Shown here: piece after piece, positions 25,891-39,120 of the stretch
Layout of the letters: the number at the start of each line of letters is the position of its first letter
Position numbering within the stretch: the stretch's first letter is position 1
NCBI RefSeq assembly: GCF_018977255.1
Contig: NW_024704742.1
Coordinates: 5,210,001 to 5,274,000 of the forward strand
Length of the DNA stretch: 64,000 nt
From: Callorhinchus milii
Taxonomy: Eukaryota
Direction: 5' to 3'
Program-made: the position numbers and the translations under genes
Notes under the pieces: model-generated
Seen by the model: only the letters and a program-made list of their open reading frames with translations
Told to the model about the DNA's origin: nothing
The model's database searches: none

Positions 25891-27310
25891 AATTTTGTGC
25901 TGTGGTTGCAGTTTGCAATCACTTATAAATGCAAACAAACAGGCCCCTTACCTACAACAGAATGCCAGGTGTCTTCTGAGATTAAGCGCTGCTGAAAAAA
26001 TACATTCCTGTTATGTCAGTTTTGCCTGGAGAGAAGCAGATGTACTGTGAATGCTTCTGAATCCAGTGAATGACTGTGACTGACTGATATAGGATAACAC
26101 GTAGGTTGGGGTTGAGGGTTGCTGAGTAGGCACAGTGACAATGACTGATCGGAGCCTGTTTGTGGATCCTATTCCTTTTCAATATGATAGTACCATGGAA
26201 ATTTACCAACAAAAAAGGACATTCAAAATGAAACAGAGAACTAGTACAAGCTGATGATTCAAGCCAGGACATCAATGGCTGGGAAAGGCTGAGAGCACAG
26301 GACAGTATGAGAGAAAATCAAGTCAAGCCAATATATTTCTATAAACACGGCACAAATATCTTTGGTCAACCTGGCCTTGGGTTTATTTATTCCGTGAAAG
26401 GAGAAGGAGCTGTGAAACATGCTTAGTATTTTTAAAGCTTTTATTTTAAATGTAATTGACATGCAAATAACAATAGATTAATGATAGACCGGATCTAATA
26501 TCATGAATACACCGTCTGCTCAAAACACTGTGGGCTTTATTGTAATGGTTTTCCTGCGTGTTTGTACACTGGCATATTTTGGTTCTATATCATGATGTAT
26601 TTATATATTCTATTCATTGGCTAGGTGCATGCTTCACTGATGACTAAGTGTTAAGAGATTCCGGAAACAGATTTATTATGAATGGAAATGAAGTACAATA
26701 AATTGTGTACTTATGGGGCTGGAAGATATAAGAGGCAAAACATCAGATTGTACCGGGTATGAGAATCTGGTTCACCAGAGGAGAGAGTTGTTCAAACTTT
26801 ATTTACAGAGGTGCTTGGAGAAATAAATATTTTTTGTGAATAATAATAATTCTCCTTCCATTTGATACAGCGCCTCATCGCGTCTTCGAGAGATGTCTCA
26901 AAGGTGCTTCACAGGATATACTGTAAAGTGAATTGACAAGAAAGTGAATAAAAGGAAGCCCCCAACGCTGGAGGGATTGGAGTTGTAGCTTACAGACCTG
27001 GAGCTCGCTGATTCGAATCACAACCCACGCTGAGTTCGCTTGTCAGCCAAGGCTGTGTGGAGAAGCTATATTGGCCCTGGTTCTTGCACCTGTTCCTTCT
27101 TCAGGGCCCTCTACTGTTTTATGTGAATGGCAGCTGGGTGCGGAGAGGTCAGGCTCGACTGTGACACCTCCTTCAGACAGGGACCCGCTGACACTCACTG
27201 GCCAAGGCTCACACATGAACACTGGCCACTTAAGGCCAGGTCAAGCAAGTCCAGTGGACCATGGAACCACACCCCAGCAAGAGGAACCCAGACCGGGAGC
27301 GGAGAGACAG

Positions 27311-27341
<31 letters not shown>

Positions 27342-27569
27342 CCTTGCATTTGACATAGCGATTTTCACGTCTTCTAGACGTCTCAGTAGAGAGGGAATTA
27401 GAAAAAGAATTGAACGCACACAAACCATTTGTTAAAATAAGGGAGTGAAGTCCAAACTTCCTTGAGAGACGCAAATACACATAAAACCAAAGTGTCGCGC
27501 ACCCTCGGGTCTATCATAAGCGATTGCTACAAATCACATTTATTTTCATTACGTCTTTATTCCCATGAT

Positions 27570-27864
27570 AGTCCTGCAGCTCAGTGGTTAGAGCACTCGC
27601 CTCACAAGCGAGAGACCTGGGCTTGATTCCCGGCAGGGCGAAACCTTGGCCAAGTTTCCTTACTCCACACTCTTGACAATAATCCCTCAAGAAAGAAACA
27701 ACAACAATCCACGACTGCTTGTGGGACGCTGCTGTGCGCAATTGTCTGCCGCGTTTCGCCCACAAATATGCAGTCAATTCACTTTACAGCATATTCCGTG
27801 CAGCGCTTTGTGACGTCAAGAAGACGTGAAAAGGCGCCTTATCAAATGCAAGGATTATTATTAT
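27570..27864 (+). mobile_element. tRNA-derived SINE, short variant
   Basis: Head, core and tail present. Confidence 0.9.
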
Positions 27865-27937
27865 GATAAAGATGTAAAGAAATGATTACTACGCTTAGTG
27901 TTCAGCTTGAAAAGGAGTCGTGTTTGAGGTAGTGCCC

Positions 27938-28570
27938 TGAGATCTCAGCTGGAGCAGCAGTTGGGTGGTGCTACAATTGGCTTCAGCACCTCAGAGACAG
28001 GCAGAGAGAAAAAAATTAACCAGAGTTTCTGCTCCTGATTGCTATTCAGTGACCCCCACGCTGGAAAATATATACGTGGAGTCCTGTAGCTCAGTGGTTG
28101 GAGCAATCGCCTCGTGAGACCTGGGTTCGATTCCCAGCAGGGCGAAATGTTGGGCAGGTTTCCTCATTCAACACGCCTCTGTTTATCTCGCAGTAAGTAG
28201 GAACCCGATTGTTAGTCGATTAGTGGATCACTTTTCTGGTGGTAATGTACCACCTCTTTTTAAAAAAAAATATTTTTTAAAAATGCGGTCACTCAATCCA
28301 CGACTGTTTGTGGGACGCTGCTCTGCGCAATTGGCTGCCACGTTTTGCCCACAAAATATAGTCAATTCAGTTCACAGTATATTCCGTGAAGCTCTTTGAG
28401 ACGTTTCGAAGACGTGATAAGGCGCTGTATCAAATGCAAAACATGCAAGGATTACTATGCGTGTGGACATCGGGTGATGACAGAGTTGAGCTGTTATTTC
28501 CCCCCCAACCTATTTCCCCCCCGTCAGTTTACACGTGAAAAGAATGATCATTGGACAAGATGAGAGGGTG
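27938..28570 (+). repeat. Ancient SINE-like interspersed repeat (third family), split by a young SINE
   Basis: gatctcagct..ctacaattggc.tcagc..aaaat..ccag..ctgatt..agtgacccc..gtgtggacatcggg. Related copies at about 26990-27290, 33730-33880, 44550-44720 and 46830-47110(-). Confidence 0.55.
28078..28457 (+). mobile_element. tRNA-derived SINE, long variant, nested in an older repeat
   Basis: Full length; interrupts 27938-28570. Confidence 0.9.
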
Positions 28571-29584
28571 ATCAGCACCCAAGGAACCGTATACTGCACT
28601 GTGAATTAACTCTTTCGGGCAAACAGCAGTGAACGTTGGAGGTGGGGGCGAAGAGGTAAGGGGGGAAGAGGGGAAACTGGCGCTTACAAGTTCTGATTCT
28701 GGGCTTGGCGAAAAGTGACAGGTGTACTGAGGAACGGCACAAGGGTATCAAGCGATAGGGCAATAAAAAAACACAGACGATGTTAAAAACATAAACTGCA
28801 ATCATTTGATTATCGCGGTAAAGACACATTGAGCTGAAGAACACTGTCTCCTTCGCTCTCCCCCTCTGTTGTGCCAAGTCCTGGGCTGTTCTGCAAGGTT
28901 ACTAAATAAGGAGCTTACAATAGCTGTGCTCACAGAGGCCAACAGAGGAAATCCTTCTCTCCTGGTGTCCGACGTAAAACTGCCGGCTGAATGAAAAACT
29001 TAAGTGACTTATGCAGAAGAGATTTCCCCGCGTTTCATTTAAGATCCTGGCAGATGAAGAAATAAATGACCGACTCCTTTGATTTAGGGATTTTTACCTT
29101 CTCCCCGCTGTTTGTCGGAGAAGATTAATTTGATTTTCTTTATTTTCTCATCGTGCAGGCTTGTCACAAAGATTAGTCTGCGGAGCAAACAGCGTTTGCT
29201 GGCAGATGGTTCTGCTGCTGCACTCAGCTGGAGTGTTTTGATGGCGATCCAAGTGGATTAATACAGAATAATGAGCATTTGTTCACCTGGTCCTCTACAG
29301 GTGTTGCAGCTCATCTTTGCACCTGAACATGATAATAATAATAATACTATTACTACTACTACTACTAATAATAATACTTGCATTTGATATAGCGCCTTGT
29401 CACGTCTTCGAGACATCTGAAAGCACTTCACTGATTATACTGCAAAGTGAGTTGACTACAGTTTGTGTGGCAAACTGACCCGGATCAAACTCCGCGGCCA
29501 CACCTCACCAGTTCTGGCCCAGGCCCCACCGGCTCCCCATCACCGCCTTAGTATACAATACTTTTGATTCCATGACAATAAATT

Positions 29585-30005
29585 TAGTCTGGCTGATTGG
29601 TAGCGCTCTCGCCTCTGAGTCAGAAGGTTGTGGGTTCCTGTTGTATTTGGAACTCACTGCCAAGGTGAACACACCAATGCAGTGCTCGGGCTATACGGCA
29701 TTGTCAGAGGTGCCGTCCTTTGGACCACACGTTATGCCTGTTCAGGTGGATGTTAAAGATCCCATGACATTACTTGAAAAGAGAAAGGAGTTTCTCCCAA
29801 GGTCCCGGCCAACAAAATCCCCTAAATAAAATTGGTCACTCGCTCCATGGCTGTTTGTGGGACGCTGCTGTGCGCAAATTGACTGCTACATTTGCCCACA
29901 AATACACACTCACTCCACTTTACAGTATATCCTGGAAAGCCCTTTGAGAAATCTCAATGACGCGAAAAGGCACTTTATCAAATGCAAGATTTATTATTAC
30001 TATAA
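29585..30005 (+). mobile_element. Older Deu-domain SINE (SacSINE1/AmnSINE1-like)
   Basis: tggtagcgctctcgcctctgagtcagaaggttgtgggttc head and the same body as 25490-25890. Confidence 0.75.
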
Positions 30006-30567
30006 TTATAAGCTTTTGACTTGTGAATATTTCGATTTTCATATGACTGCTGTGGGTTTGTGAAAATGTTCAAATCCTCATTAAAGGGCCTGGTCTTTGG
30101 TTTGAGCGTATCAACTCTTACCCAAACTGATCTTGTGATTTTGTGATGTGTAGCAGCGCTGTACATTGAGGGATCAGAAAGGGCTGAGGATTTGAAAACC
30201 TTTGAAACCTTGGGGAACATAATGAACTTTCATTTGAACTTGGGAAAAGTTACAGCATATGAGGAATGATGTAGTCACTCAGGTGAAATAATTGACATCA
30301 GCCAGTGACATTTGAATTGCTTCTGTACGTGACTTTATCAAGTCTGACACTGTCACACAGTCACTTTGCTCATCCCTTGGGCAAGCACCTTTCGCCCAAT
30401 GCTCTGACTTAAAATATTTTGCAAATGTTGAGTATATTGCACCAACAGGCAGATTTCTTACCCAGATGTTCCTAAGACTCGAGGATGCACTGTATTTAAC
30501 AACTAACATCTGTAAACTGCCTTTGGAACAGCATTGACATTATTTGAATGAGCTTTTCTTTATTAGA

Positions 30568-31210
30568 ACAACTTGCATTTATACAGCGCCCTTCACTGCG
30601 GGGTAGCGTGAGAGGATCTTGAAATCGATGCGTGGAGCCTGGCAAGGACTGGTGTGATGGGGGTACGGAGTTTTGAATTAATTGAATTTTGTGTATGGTT
30701 GAGCTGGGGAGACCAGCGAGGAGGGCGTTGGAATAGTCCAGACGGGAAGTGACGAAGGCCTGGACGAGGGTTTCAGCTGCTTTGGTTGGAGCCGATGGAA
30801 GCGGGCAATGTGATGGAGGTGGAAAAAAGCGGTCGTGGTCAGGGAACGGATGTGTGGTAGAAAGGAAAGCTGGAGAACGAACCTGACGCCTAAGTTTGCG
30901 CACGGTTTCGATGAGTCTGAGGGAGGTTGAGGAGTTCAGACCCACAGGAGAGACGGATGTGGGGTTTAAAGGACAGTTGAGAGCCATGATCCAAACAAGA
31001 CACCAAGGTTGCGCTCTGGTTTTGTGAGGTGGAATGTGCAGCCATGTTGGTTGATGTTGTCAGTGCCTGAAGTGAGAAGGTGCTGGCGGGAGCAATAATT
31101 AATGGGAGACCCGATGTCTTACAGGCAATCGATCAGAACAGTAGTGGTCATGGAATCAAGGGCGGAGGCAGAGGGATAGATAAATAGATAGAGTGGGTGT
31201 AATCTGCATA
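30568..31210 (-). mobile_element. Rearranged L2 ORF2/3' fragments
   Basis: AAETLVQAFVTSRLDYSNALLAGLPSSTIHKIQLIQNS on the - strand. Confidence 0.8.
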
Positions 31211-31239
31211 CTAACAAAGTTTCAGAGCTTGGATATATC

Positions 31240-32170
31240 AAGGGAGGGTTGATTGAGAAGGAAAATAAAACATCAGGATATATAATTAGTGGTATAAACT
31301 GTCAAGGGAGGTCAGTTTCAAATTGTACATGGCTTTGGTGATGCCACATCTAGACCACTACCTTTTGCTTTGCCTCCTTATCTTACAATACATATCTTAT
31401 AAAAGATATTAATTTATTGGAGGGAATTCAGCACGTGGTTATCAGATTAGTTTCTGAACCTAAAAGTCAGAGCTACGAGGAAAGACTGGCTATTTTAGAA
31501 CTTTCTTGTTAAACAGAGAAGACTGAGGAGGGACTTAAAATAATCCTTGCATTTGACATAGTGCCTTATCACTTCATTGGGACGTCTCAAAGCGCTTCAC
31601 AGAATATACTGTAAAGTTAATTGACTGTATATTTTGTGGGTAAACTTGGCAGCCAATTACACAGAGCAGTGTCCCACAAACAGTCATGGATTGAGTGACC
31701 AAATTATTATTCTTTTTTTTAAAGGGATTATTAACCCCGGAAAGCAATCTGCCAATCAACTACCAAACGGGGATCCTACTTACTGCTCGGTAAACAGAGG
31801 CGTGTGGAGTAAGGAAACTCACCTAAGGTTTCGCCCTTGATAGAGATATTTAAGATGGTGATGAGTTCGGAATATTTGGATTCAGATGTTTCCTATAGCG
31901 GGCAAAATTCAACAGGGGGTCATATCAGGAAATAAAAAGAGGACATTAAATGCACAAGACATTTTTTGGTAAAAGGGTGGTAGGCATGTGACACAAATTA
32001 GCAGCCCAGTTGGTGAAACAAGAAATTGCAAAGGGCTTCACAAAGGAATCAGACAAGTTCTGTTAACTAGAAGGATTCAAAGTTATTATATTTAGAGATA
32101 GTTGAACGAATTGTGTGAGAAATTGGATGAGTGGGCGAGATCAACAAATGGTCTTCTCAATGAAGTTCTT
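31240..32170 (+). mobile_element. Degenerate CR1 fragment split by a SINE (31540-31838)
   Basis: CR1 sequence gagaagactgaggagggacttaa resumes as gatagagatatttaagatg after the SINE. Confidence 0.65.
31540..31838 (-). mobile_element. tRNA-derived SINE, headless long variant, nested in CR1
   Basis: Middle, core and tail. Confidence 0.85.
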
Positions 32171-32694
32171 ACGATGATTCTATGTTGACGGAGAAAAGTT
32201 GAGTGTATGATAAGCAATGGAGGCAGTGACGATTGAAGGTTTAAAATGAATTCAGACTTGGCTTGAACAATGATGGATTTTGGCTGGATTGACCCAGACT
32301 GGAGCTGTTCCCTGATCATGAGCCAATCTCTGAATTCTAGCGTGACATTTCTATTTCCCACACCAGCCAGCCTCGCATCCTCTTTCTGCGACAATGCCAA
32401 TTCAATGCCGTATTAGGAAGAATATGTGTACTCCATCTTTCCAAGAAATTGAGTTGAGGCCAGCCAAATTCATGTCAAATAGAAGCCTTACAGCCAGCAG
32501 GAACAGAAGATCCTCACCTGAGCAAGAGTCCAGCCCAGCTCACAGCTTTGTGCTATCTGACACTGCAACATATTTTACATCTTAAAATGTTTGGTCCATT
32601 CATAGCAAACAGAATGTGCTTCAGATTTGTTCCGTTTGATAAGTACTATTGTCACCAAAAGCGATTTCTTTTTTCCTGATCCTATTCTTGTGCC

Positions 32695-33003
32695 CCGAAA
32701 TAAAACGTTTGGCAAGTTTTCTTACGCCACACGCCTGGTTACCCAGCAGTAAGTAGGATCCCGGTTGTTAGTCGATTGACAGATCGCTTTTTCGGGGATA
32801 ATAATCCCACCCCAAAAAAACACAATGATAATTTGGTCACTCAATCCTCGACTGTGTGTGGGACACTGCTGTGCGTAATTGGCTGCCAAGTTTTGCGCAG
32901 AAATATACAGTCAATTCACTTTACAGTATATTCTGTGAAGCACTTTGAGACGTTTAGAAGATGTGAAAAGCGCAATATCAAAGGCAAGGATTATTATATT
33001 ATT
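32695..33003 (+). mobile_element. tRNA-derived SINE, headless long variant
   Basis: Middle, core and tail. Confidence 0.85.
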
Positions 33004-33397
33004 GTTGTAATAACCAATTCATTTGGAGGATTGTTGGCATCATACTTGGAGAAAGGCCCTTCTCTTTTCTGAATAGCATGAAGAATAGGGATAATGTCTG
33101 AACTAATGGATGGCACCTTCAGTAATGCAGTGTTCCTCAAGTACAACCTTGACTGAAGCTCAAATCTCAAATGTGGAGCTTTAACCTTCTGACCCAGAGG
33201 TGAGAATGTTACTGACTGAACGAGACTGACGCTCTCAACCAGTACGAGCTGAAGAGAAAGCTCAGGAGTGCATTTCTGAAGTATGTACTTGGGAAATGCT
33301 GATGGACATGAAGGGAAATTGGTGAACGAGTTAATCAGTGTGAAACTGAACCAAATATCCCCCAAACGTTGCAGTCTACTGTGGTATGTGTTGATGT

Positions 33398-33724
33398 GGA
33401 GTCCTGTAGCTCAGTGGTTAGAGCACTCGCTTTGCAAGCGAGAGACCTGAGTTCAATTCCAGACAGGGCGAAACCTTGGGCAAGTTTCCTTACTCCACAC
33501 GCCTAATAATAATCCCTCCAAAAAAAACAAAAATAATAATAAATTGGTCATTTTCAATCTACGACTGTTTGTGGGACATTGCTGTGCGCAATTGGCTGCC
33601 GCGTTTGCCCACAAATATACAGTCAATTCACTTTACAGTGTGTTCTGTGAAGCGCTTTGGGACGTCCTCCCGACGTGAAAAGCGCTATATCAAATGCAAG
33701 GATTATTATTATTATTATTATTAT
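33398..33724 (+). mobile_element. tRNA-derived SINE, young short subfamily
   Basis: Full length with a long clean (ATT)n tail; tail reads gggacgtcctcccgacgtg. Confidence 0.92.
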
Positions 33725-34019
33725 GTACAAGATCTCAGCTAGGTGTCAGCCACTACAAATAGTCTCAGTACCTCTTTGTTAGGAAGGGGAGAAAATCAGC
33801 CATGTCTTAACTTCTGATTACTTTCCAGCGACCCCTGTTCATTAGTGTAGATTTGTGTATGTGGATATCAGGGGATAAATGCAAGGTATGCATATAGGAA
33901 AGAAGAATACGAGGCACGTATACTTCATGGATAGAATAGAACTTAGAATAGCTTGTAAATGCTCATTGTTTGGACTAGTTAAAACACGGCTATTTGTGTA
34001 AGGTATCCAGTGTCTGCAA

Positions 34020-34430
34020 ATAATAATAATAATCCTTGGTTTTGATAAAGCACCTTTCACGTAGGGAGACGGGCTCAATGATATATTGTGAATTGCAGTA
34101 TATTTTTGAAGGTGAACGTGGCAGCCAAATTAACGTACACCAATGTCCCACAAAGATCCATGAAGTGTCCGATCAATTTTATTTGGGGGATTATTGGCCA
34201 GGACACTTGGAGAAAATCCCTTCTTGTTGTTCAGTCACTCAATGGGATTGTTAATGTCCACCCGAACAGGTAGATGGAACCTTAGTTTAATGTCTCATCT
34301 GAGGGTTGGCACTTCTGACATTTTAGTTGACCACCACCACAGCTCTGGCGTGTCAGCCTAGACTATGTGAGTTTAAAGTCCGTCCATGTGGCTTGAACCC
34401 CATAACCTTCTGTCTTGGAGATGAGCATAC
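34020..34430 (-). mobile_element. Older Deu-domain SINE
   Basis: Reverse complement of the same family. Confidence 0.65.
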
Positions 34431-37400
34431 TAGAGTACAATACAGTTTGTTGGCAAAAGTCATCAGCGTCTTCAAGAAAAGGCAGGAAAAATTATGGGGG
34501 AGATGAAGGAAATAGTTATGCAATTACAATGTAAGATTCCACTAACTCCAAAACAATGACAGTTAAACATCACAGGGTCCTTAGGCTGCAAAATCAGAAA
34601 TGTCACCTGTCACTTGCATGTATCAGCCATCTCTAAGCAGGAGAAGCCTGACAGAAGCTGAATAACTGAACCCACAATAAGCAGAGTTCACAGAGTTTAC
34701 AATACACCAGAGGGAGTCACACATTCTCACTGTGCTTTGGCTTTGGGTGCAATGGCTGGATGTTTCCCTTTCTCTGAGTCTCCTTGTGCTATAGACCGCA
34801 ACAAAGAGCATTGGCCACAGGTCTCAGCCACAGCCTCTCTGGTTGTAAGTAAGGGGGGGGGGGTTGGGGAGGGGGGAAGAGAGGGATTTCACCCCTTGCT
34901 ATGGCCAATGGTTTGGTATCAATAACAGAGCAGATGGGATTAATATTCTAGGAAATAGAGGAAACAGGGGAATCTATGGCACTAGCACCTTAATGACATG
35001 CTTAACACCATCCGAGACCCAAAGCAGAAGACTTAATAACATATGATACCATTTTTGGCAAGAAAACCGCAATAAAATAAATGAAACTCAAAGCCACTGT
35101 CTAGCGTGGAATTGGTACAAATAGGTGTCGGAGTCAGATGATTATGGTTCAAGTCCAGTGTCAGGACTATTGAGTTCATAGTCTAGGCTGACATTCCAAC
35201 AGCGTTTGGGGAATGCTGCAGTAAAATCCCATGAAATGCTTTGAGACCCTTTGACAATGTGTTAACGCAGTAGATCAAATGCAAGGAATATTATTACACA
35301 GCCCACAAAACTCCCAGTCTTCATATTCATTTCGGGGTCAGTCGATCTCAGCTTGGGCTGTAGTGGACTTGACACAGTTGGCCTCAGTGTCCCCGGCTAA
35401 GGAGGAGACCGTAAAAATCGAGGAATGAATCGGAAAAAGTAGAATCCATTTCCTGGGAGAGCTGTGCTGCCATCTCGTGGATGTTTGTTAATGACGGTGG
35501 TCTGTTGAGGAACACAACACGCTTTAACCATTATTATGAAACGTTTTCAAAAGAAACTGCGGTTAGGGATATGGGATACAGAATCTGATTCTCGGTGGTG
35601 CTGTTCGATAATTAATAAGGTTTATTTTGCTAAACTGTACTTTATCAAAAGGATCTGGATTCTCTAGTGGAGCACACGCAGCCCTCTGAGGCCGTTGAAG
35701 TTGCTTTGTGGGCTATTGACTGGTACTGTTAATGGATTAATTTTGTGAAGGAGAGCGGGATTTGGGTGTCAGTGGTGTAATGTTGTTTGGCAATCCAGAC
35801 AATGTTAGTGACCCCGACTGCCACTGTGGCTGAGATCAGTTAACTCAGCACAGAGAATGGTTAATGCCCATCTCTGGCATTGCTGATGGTGGAGCTGAAT
35901 ATGGGGTTGAGCCAGGGCAGTGGTATGACCGACTGGCAGTGAACATGTAAAATTTAAACCTTTTCAGGTCGCAACCCAGCAATCTCCATCCTCTCCGGAG
36001 CACACACTGCGTACTTATGATCAATGCTTCCGACCTAACGCAGCATCAACTTCAATCTACTGCTCTCAGCCGTTTCCTTTTATCATATCGTTAAATAAAA
36101 GGACACGTTAAATCCTAATAGTATCGCTTTACAATACAATTTACATTTATATAGTGCCTTTCACGTCGGAAGGATGTCTCCGAAGTACTTACTTTAATAT
36201 AAAAACACAATTCAGCAAAAGTAGTTAGCAGAAATAAAGGATTGCCTTAAAGTGACGTGACAGCTCATTTTAATTATTACACACCTGGAGCTTTTTGCCA
36301 TTAACATTTTAGAGGTGTTATATAAAGTGCCACTGTGTATTAATAGCACGTACTCTGCAGTGTGTTTTATGTTCAGTTTTCATTCTCGTATTTCAAGTCG
36401 AAAAGAGTTGGTATTGTATCTGGCGGTTAAGAGAAAATAAATCAACTTTGCTGCAATTTATACTGTGGTTTTTGAATTAGAATTCAATTCGAATTATTGC
36501 TCCTTTAATGTAAATTATAGACAGGGTTCCATAAGCGTTGTAAAATAACTAAGTGCAGCAGATTGTTACAGCAAACTCCTGATAATAAGACTCTGGCTTA
36601 TATCATCACGTGGCTGATATCAACATTTTGTCGCTGCCAATATCCCAGCCGCTTCTCATGCAAAATGTGAATAAGAGACACCCCCCCACCCCTTTATTTC
36701 ATCACTCGCTTATAACACACAACAACAACTTGGATTTATATAGCGCCCTTCACATGAGGTATCGTCCTGGAGAGCTTATAAGTCGCATTCCATACATCCC
36801 AATGAGTGAAATATTGCACATCATCGGAATGAACCCACCTGCACCCCTCAGCCAGCAGCGCTGCGCTGTGCCAGGGCATCTCAGTGAACTCTCGTGCTGA
36901 GCGCCTCGTATCACAGGAAAATCTTGCCCTCGCCCTCAGCCAGCCACTCGGCGGCTGTTTTTGCCTGTTGCGGTAAGATCTCTGTCAGCAGAAATCTTAG
37001 GCTTTACCTTCTGTGAGATGAACAAAACCTCTTTACGGACACGTCCTGATAATAATACGCCTTGCATTTGATATAGGGTCTTATCACGTCTTCGAGACGT
37101 CTCAAAGCGCTTCCCGGAATGTACTGTAAAGTGTATTGACTGTATCTTTTGTGTGCGAAACGACGTGCAGAATTTCTCCCCGTACAGGTTTCTGAAGATC
37201 GTCGTCTAATAGCTGAAACAAGTATCGTGTTCTCCAGATGATAACGTGGCCAGTTTCACATTAGTCAACCAGAATTTGCCGGGGGTGATCTGATGAATAA
37301 ATTTGTTTAATAAAGCACACATTTCTTAATAAAGAAAAAGGGCTCATTTTATGAGCGCTCTGATTAAAGTGTACATGTAAATGAACTACTTAATAGATGA

Positions 37401-38803
37401 GCTGAGCACATCGGCAGCTGCCTGACTGTGTGCTTTCTTTAAGATTGACCTAACAAACATTATTATCGGACCTGTAATGATAATAACAGATGCACAGCCA
37501 TTTCTGTTTTGAGTAAATTGACAATTAACAAAAGGGCCAATAAGACGAGGGGCAGGAAGTACAAAAGGACACTGGGAGTGGGACAAAGTGTGTGTGTCTT
37601 TTTTTATATATATATACATACACAGTGGTGGATTACTGAGAGTTTGAATTGACAAATAAGGAAGCGACTAACAAAACCCTAAATCCACGACTGTTTGTGG
37701 GACGCTGCTGTGCGCAATTGGCTGCCGCGTTTCGCCCACAAAATATTACAGTCAACTCATTTTACAGTATATTCAGTGAAGTGCCTTGAAAGGTCTCGAA
37801 GACGTGATCAGGCTATATCAAATGCAAGGATTACACTATATATTATTACTTGGATCAAGTTATATTATGGTCCTAGCAGGTGGGATTTGATAGTATAAAG
37901 GGCTGTTCTGGGGAACAATCACAAACTTTTTTTCAAATTGTGCCCAGTTGCCAACAAAAATGCAGTTGCTGCACTTTAAAGGCAAGGGGATTCAAATATA
38001 TCCTGTGAAACACTTTGAGACATCATGCTCCTGTTGTGAAAGGAATGATACAATGCAAGGATTATTATTATTATTGATGACCGTGAGCATCTGTTGACCT
38101 GGTTTTCTGAGTGTTTGCAGATGCTAGCCTTCTGAAACATCATACATCAATGCAGAACTACATAATATAGAATAACTGTATTTCTCGGTCCACCCTACAC
38201 CCAACTAGCCTGTCATTAAAAACATATTCCAATTCATCTTTCTGGCTGTCCATCGCATTATTCTCGTCTTCTGTCTCAATCCTTTGCTTACAGTTATCCC
38301 ATTAGAAACAACTTGACTGATCATTGCTCTGTCCTTTTTATTTTGTTACTCAGTTTATTAACGAATTTTCTCTGTTCTCTTCTGTCTCCACAGCTTTTTC
38401 TTTAACCACAAGTATTTTGTGAGGCACCAACTTGAATGCCTTTTGAAACTCAAGATCAATAACATTGCCCTTTCTCACCCATTCTGTGATATCCTCAAAA
38501 TTGCCACTCCAGGGCAATGCTTTATCTCTCCTGCCATTTAAACTTTTCCAGAAAAAAAACATGCAAAGCAATTTGTTACTGTATAACCAGTATTTTTCGT
38601 GACCCATTTAATTTTGCTATGTTTGTGCTCAAGACATTTTTGCTGTGAAAAATAAATCATTGTAAACTTACCTTAACCTTAATGGGATAAACTAGGACAT
38701 CCCTTTAGCAATTGCACAAATATATAATAATCCTTGCATTTAATATAGCGCCTTATCATGTCTTCGAGACGTCTCAAAGCGCTTCACAGAATGTACTTCA
38801 CAG

Positions 38804-39120
38804 ATGGCTCCCTATCTCCGAACAGGTCAATTTAAAGATCCTCGCACTAGTTTTCAAATCTTTTCATGCCCTGGCACCTCCCTACCTCTCCGACCTGCTT
38901 ACCCCCTAACCCACAACCCGTTGCCTCCGCTCGACTGGCTCCAGCCTGCATGTCCCTCGTACCCTCCGTTCCACCTTTCGTGGCCGCACTTTCAGCCACT
39001 ACACCCCGAAACTCTGGAACACTCTTCCTCTATCCCTCCGCCTTACCCCTTCCTTCCCCATCTTCAGGTCACGCCTGAAGACCGTCCTATTCAACCATGC
39101 CTACAGTCACCTCCCCATGC
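38804..39120 (+). mobile_element. L2 ORF2 3' fragment
   Basis: WLPISEQVNLKILALVFKSFHALAPPYLSDLL. Confidence 0.8.

Noticed and set aside
33398..33470. tRNA-Ala-like cloverleaf (anticodon TGC/CGC) here and at other SINE heads
   Set aside because: Continues directly into the SINE body and tail; a SINE head, not a tRNA gene
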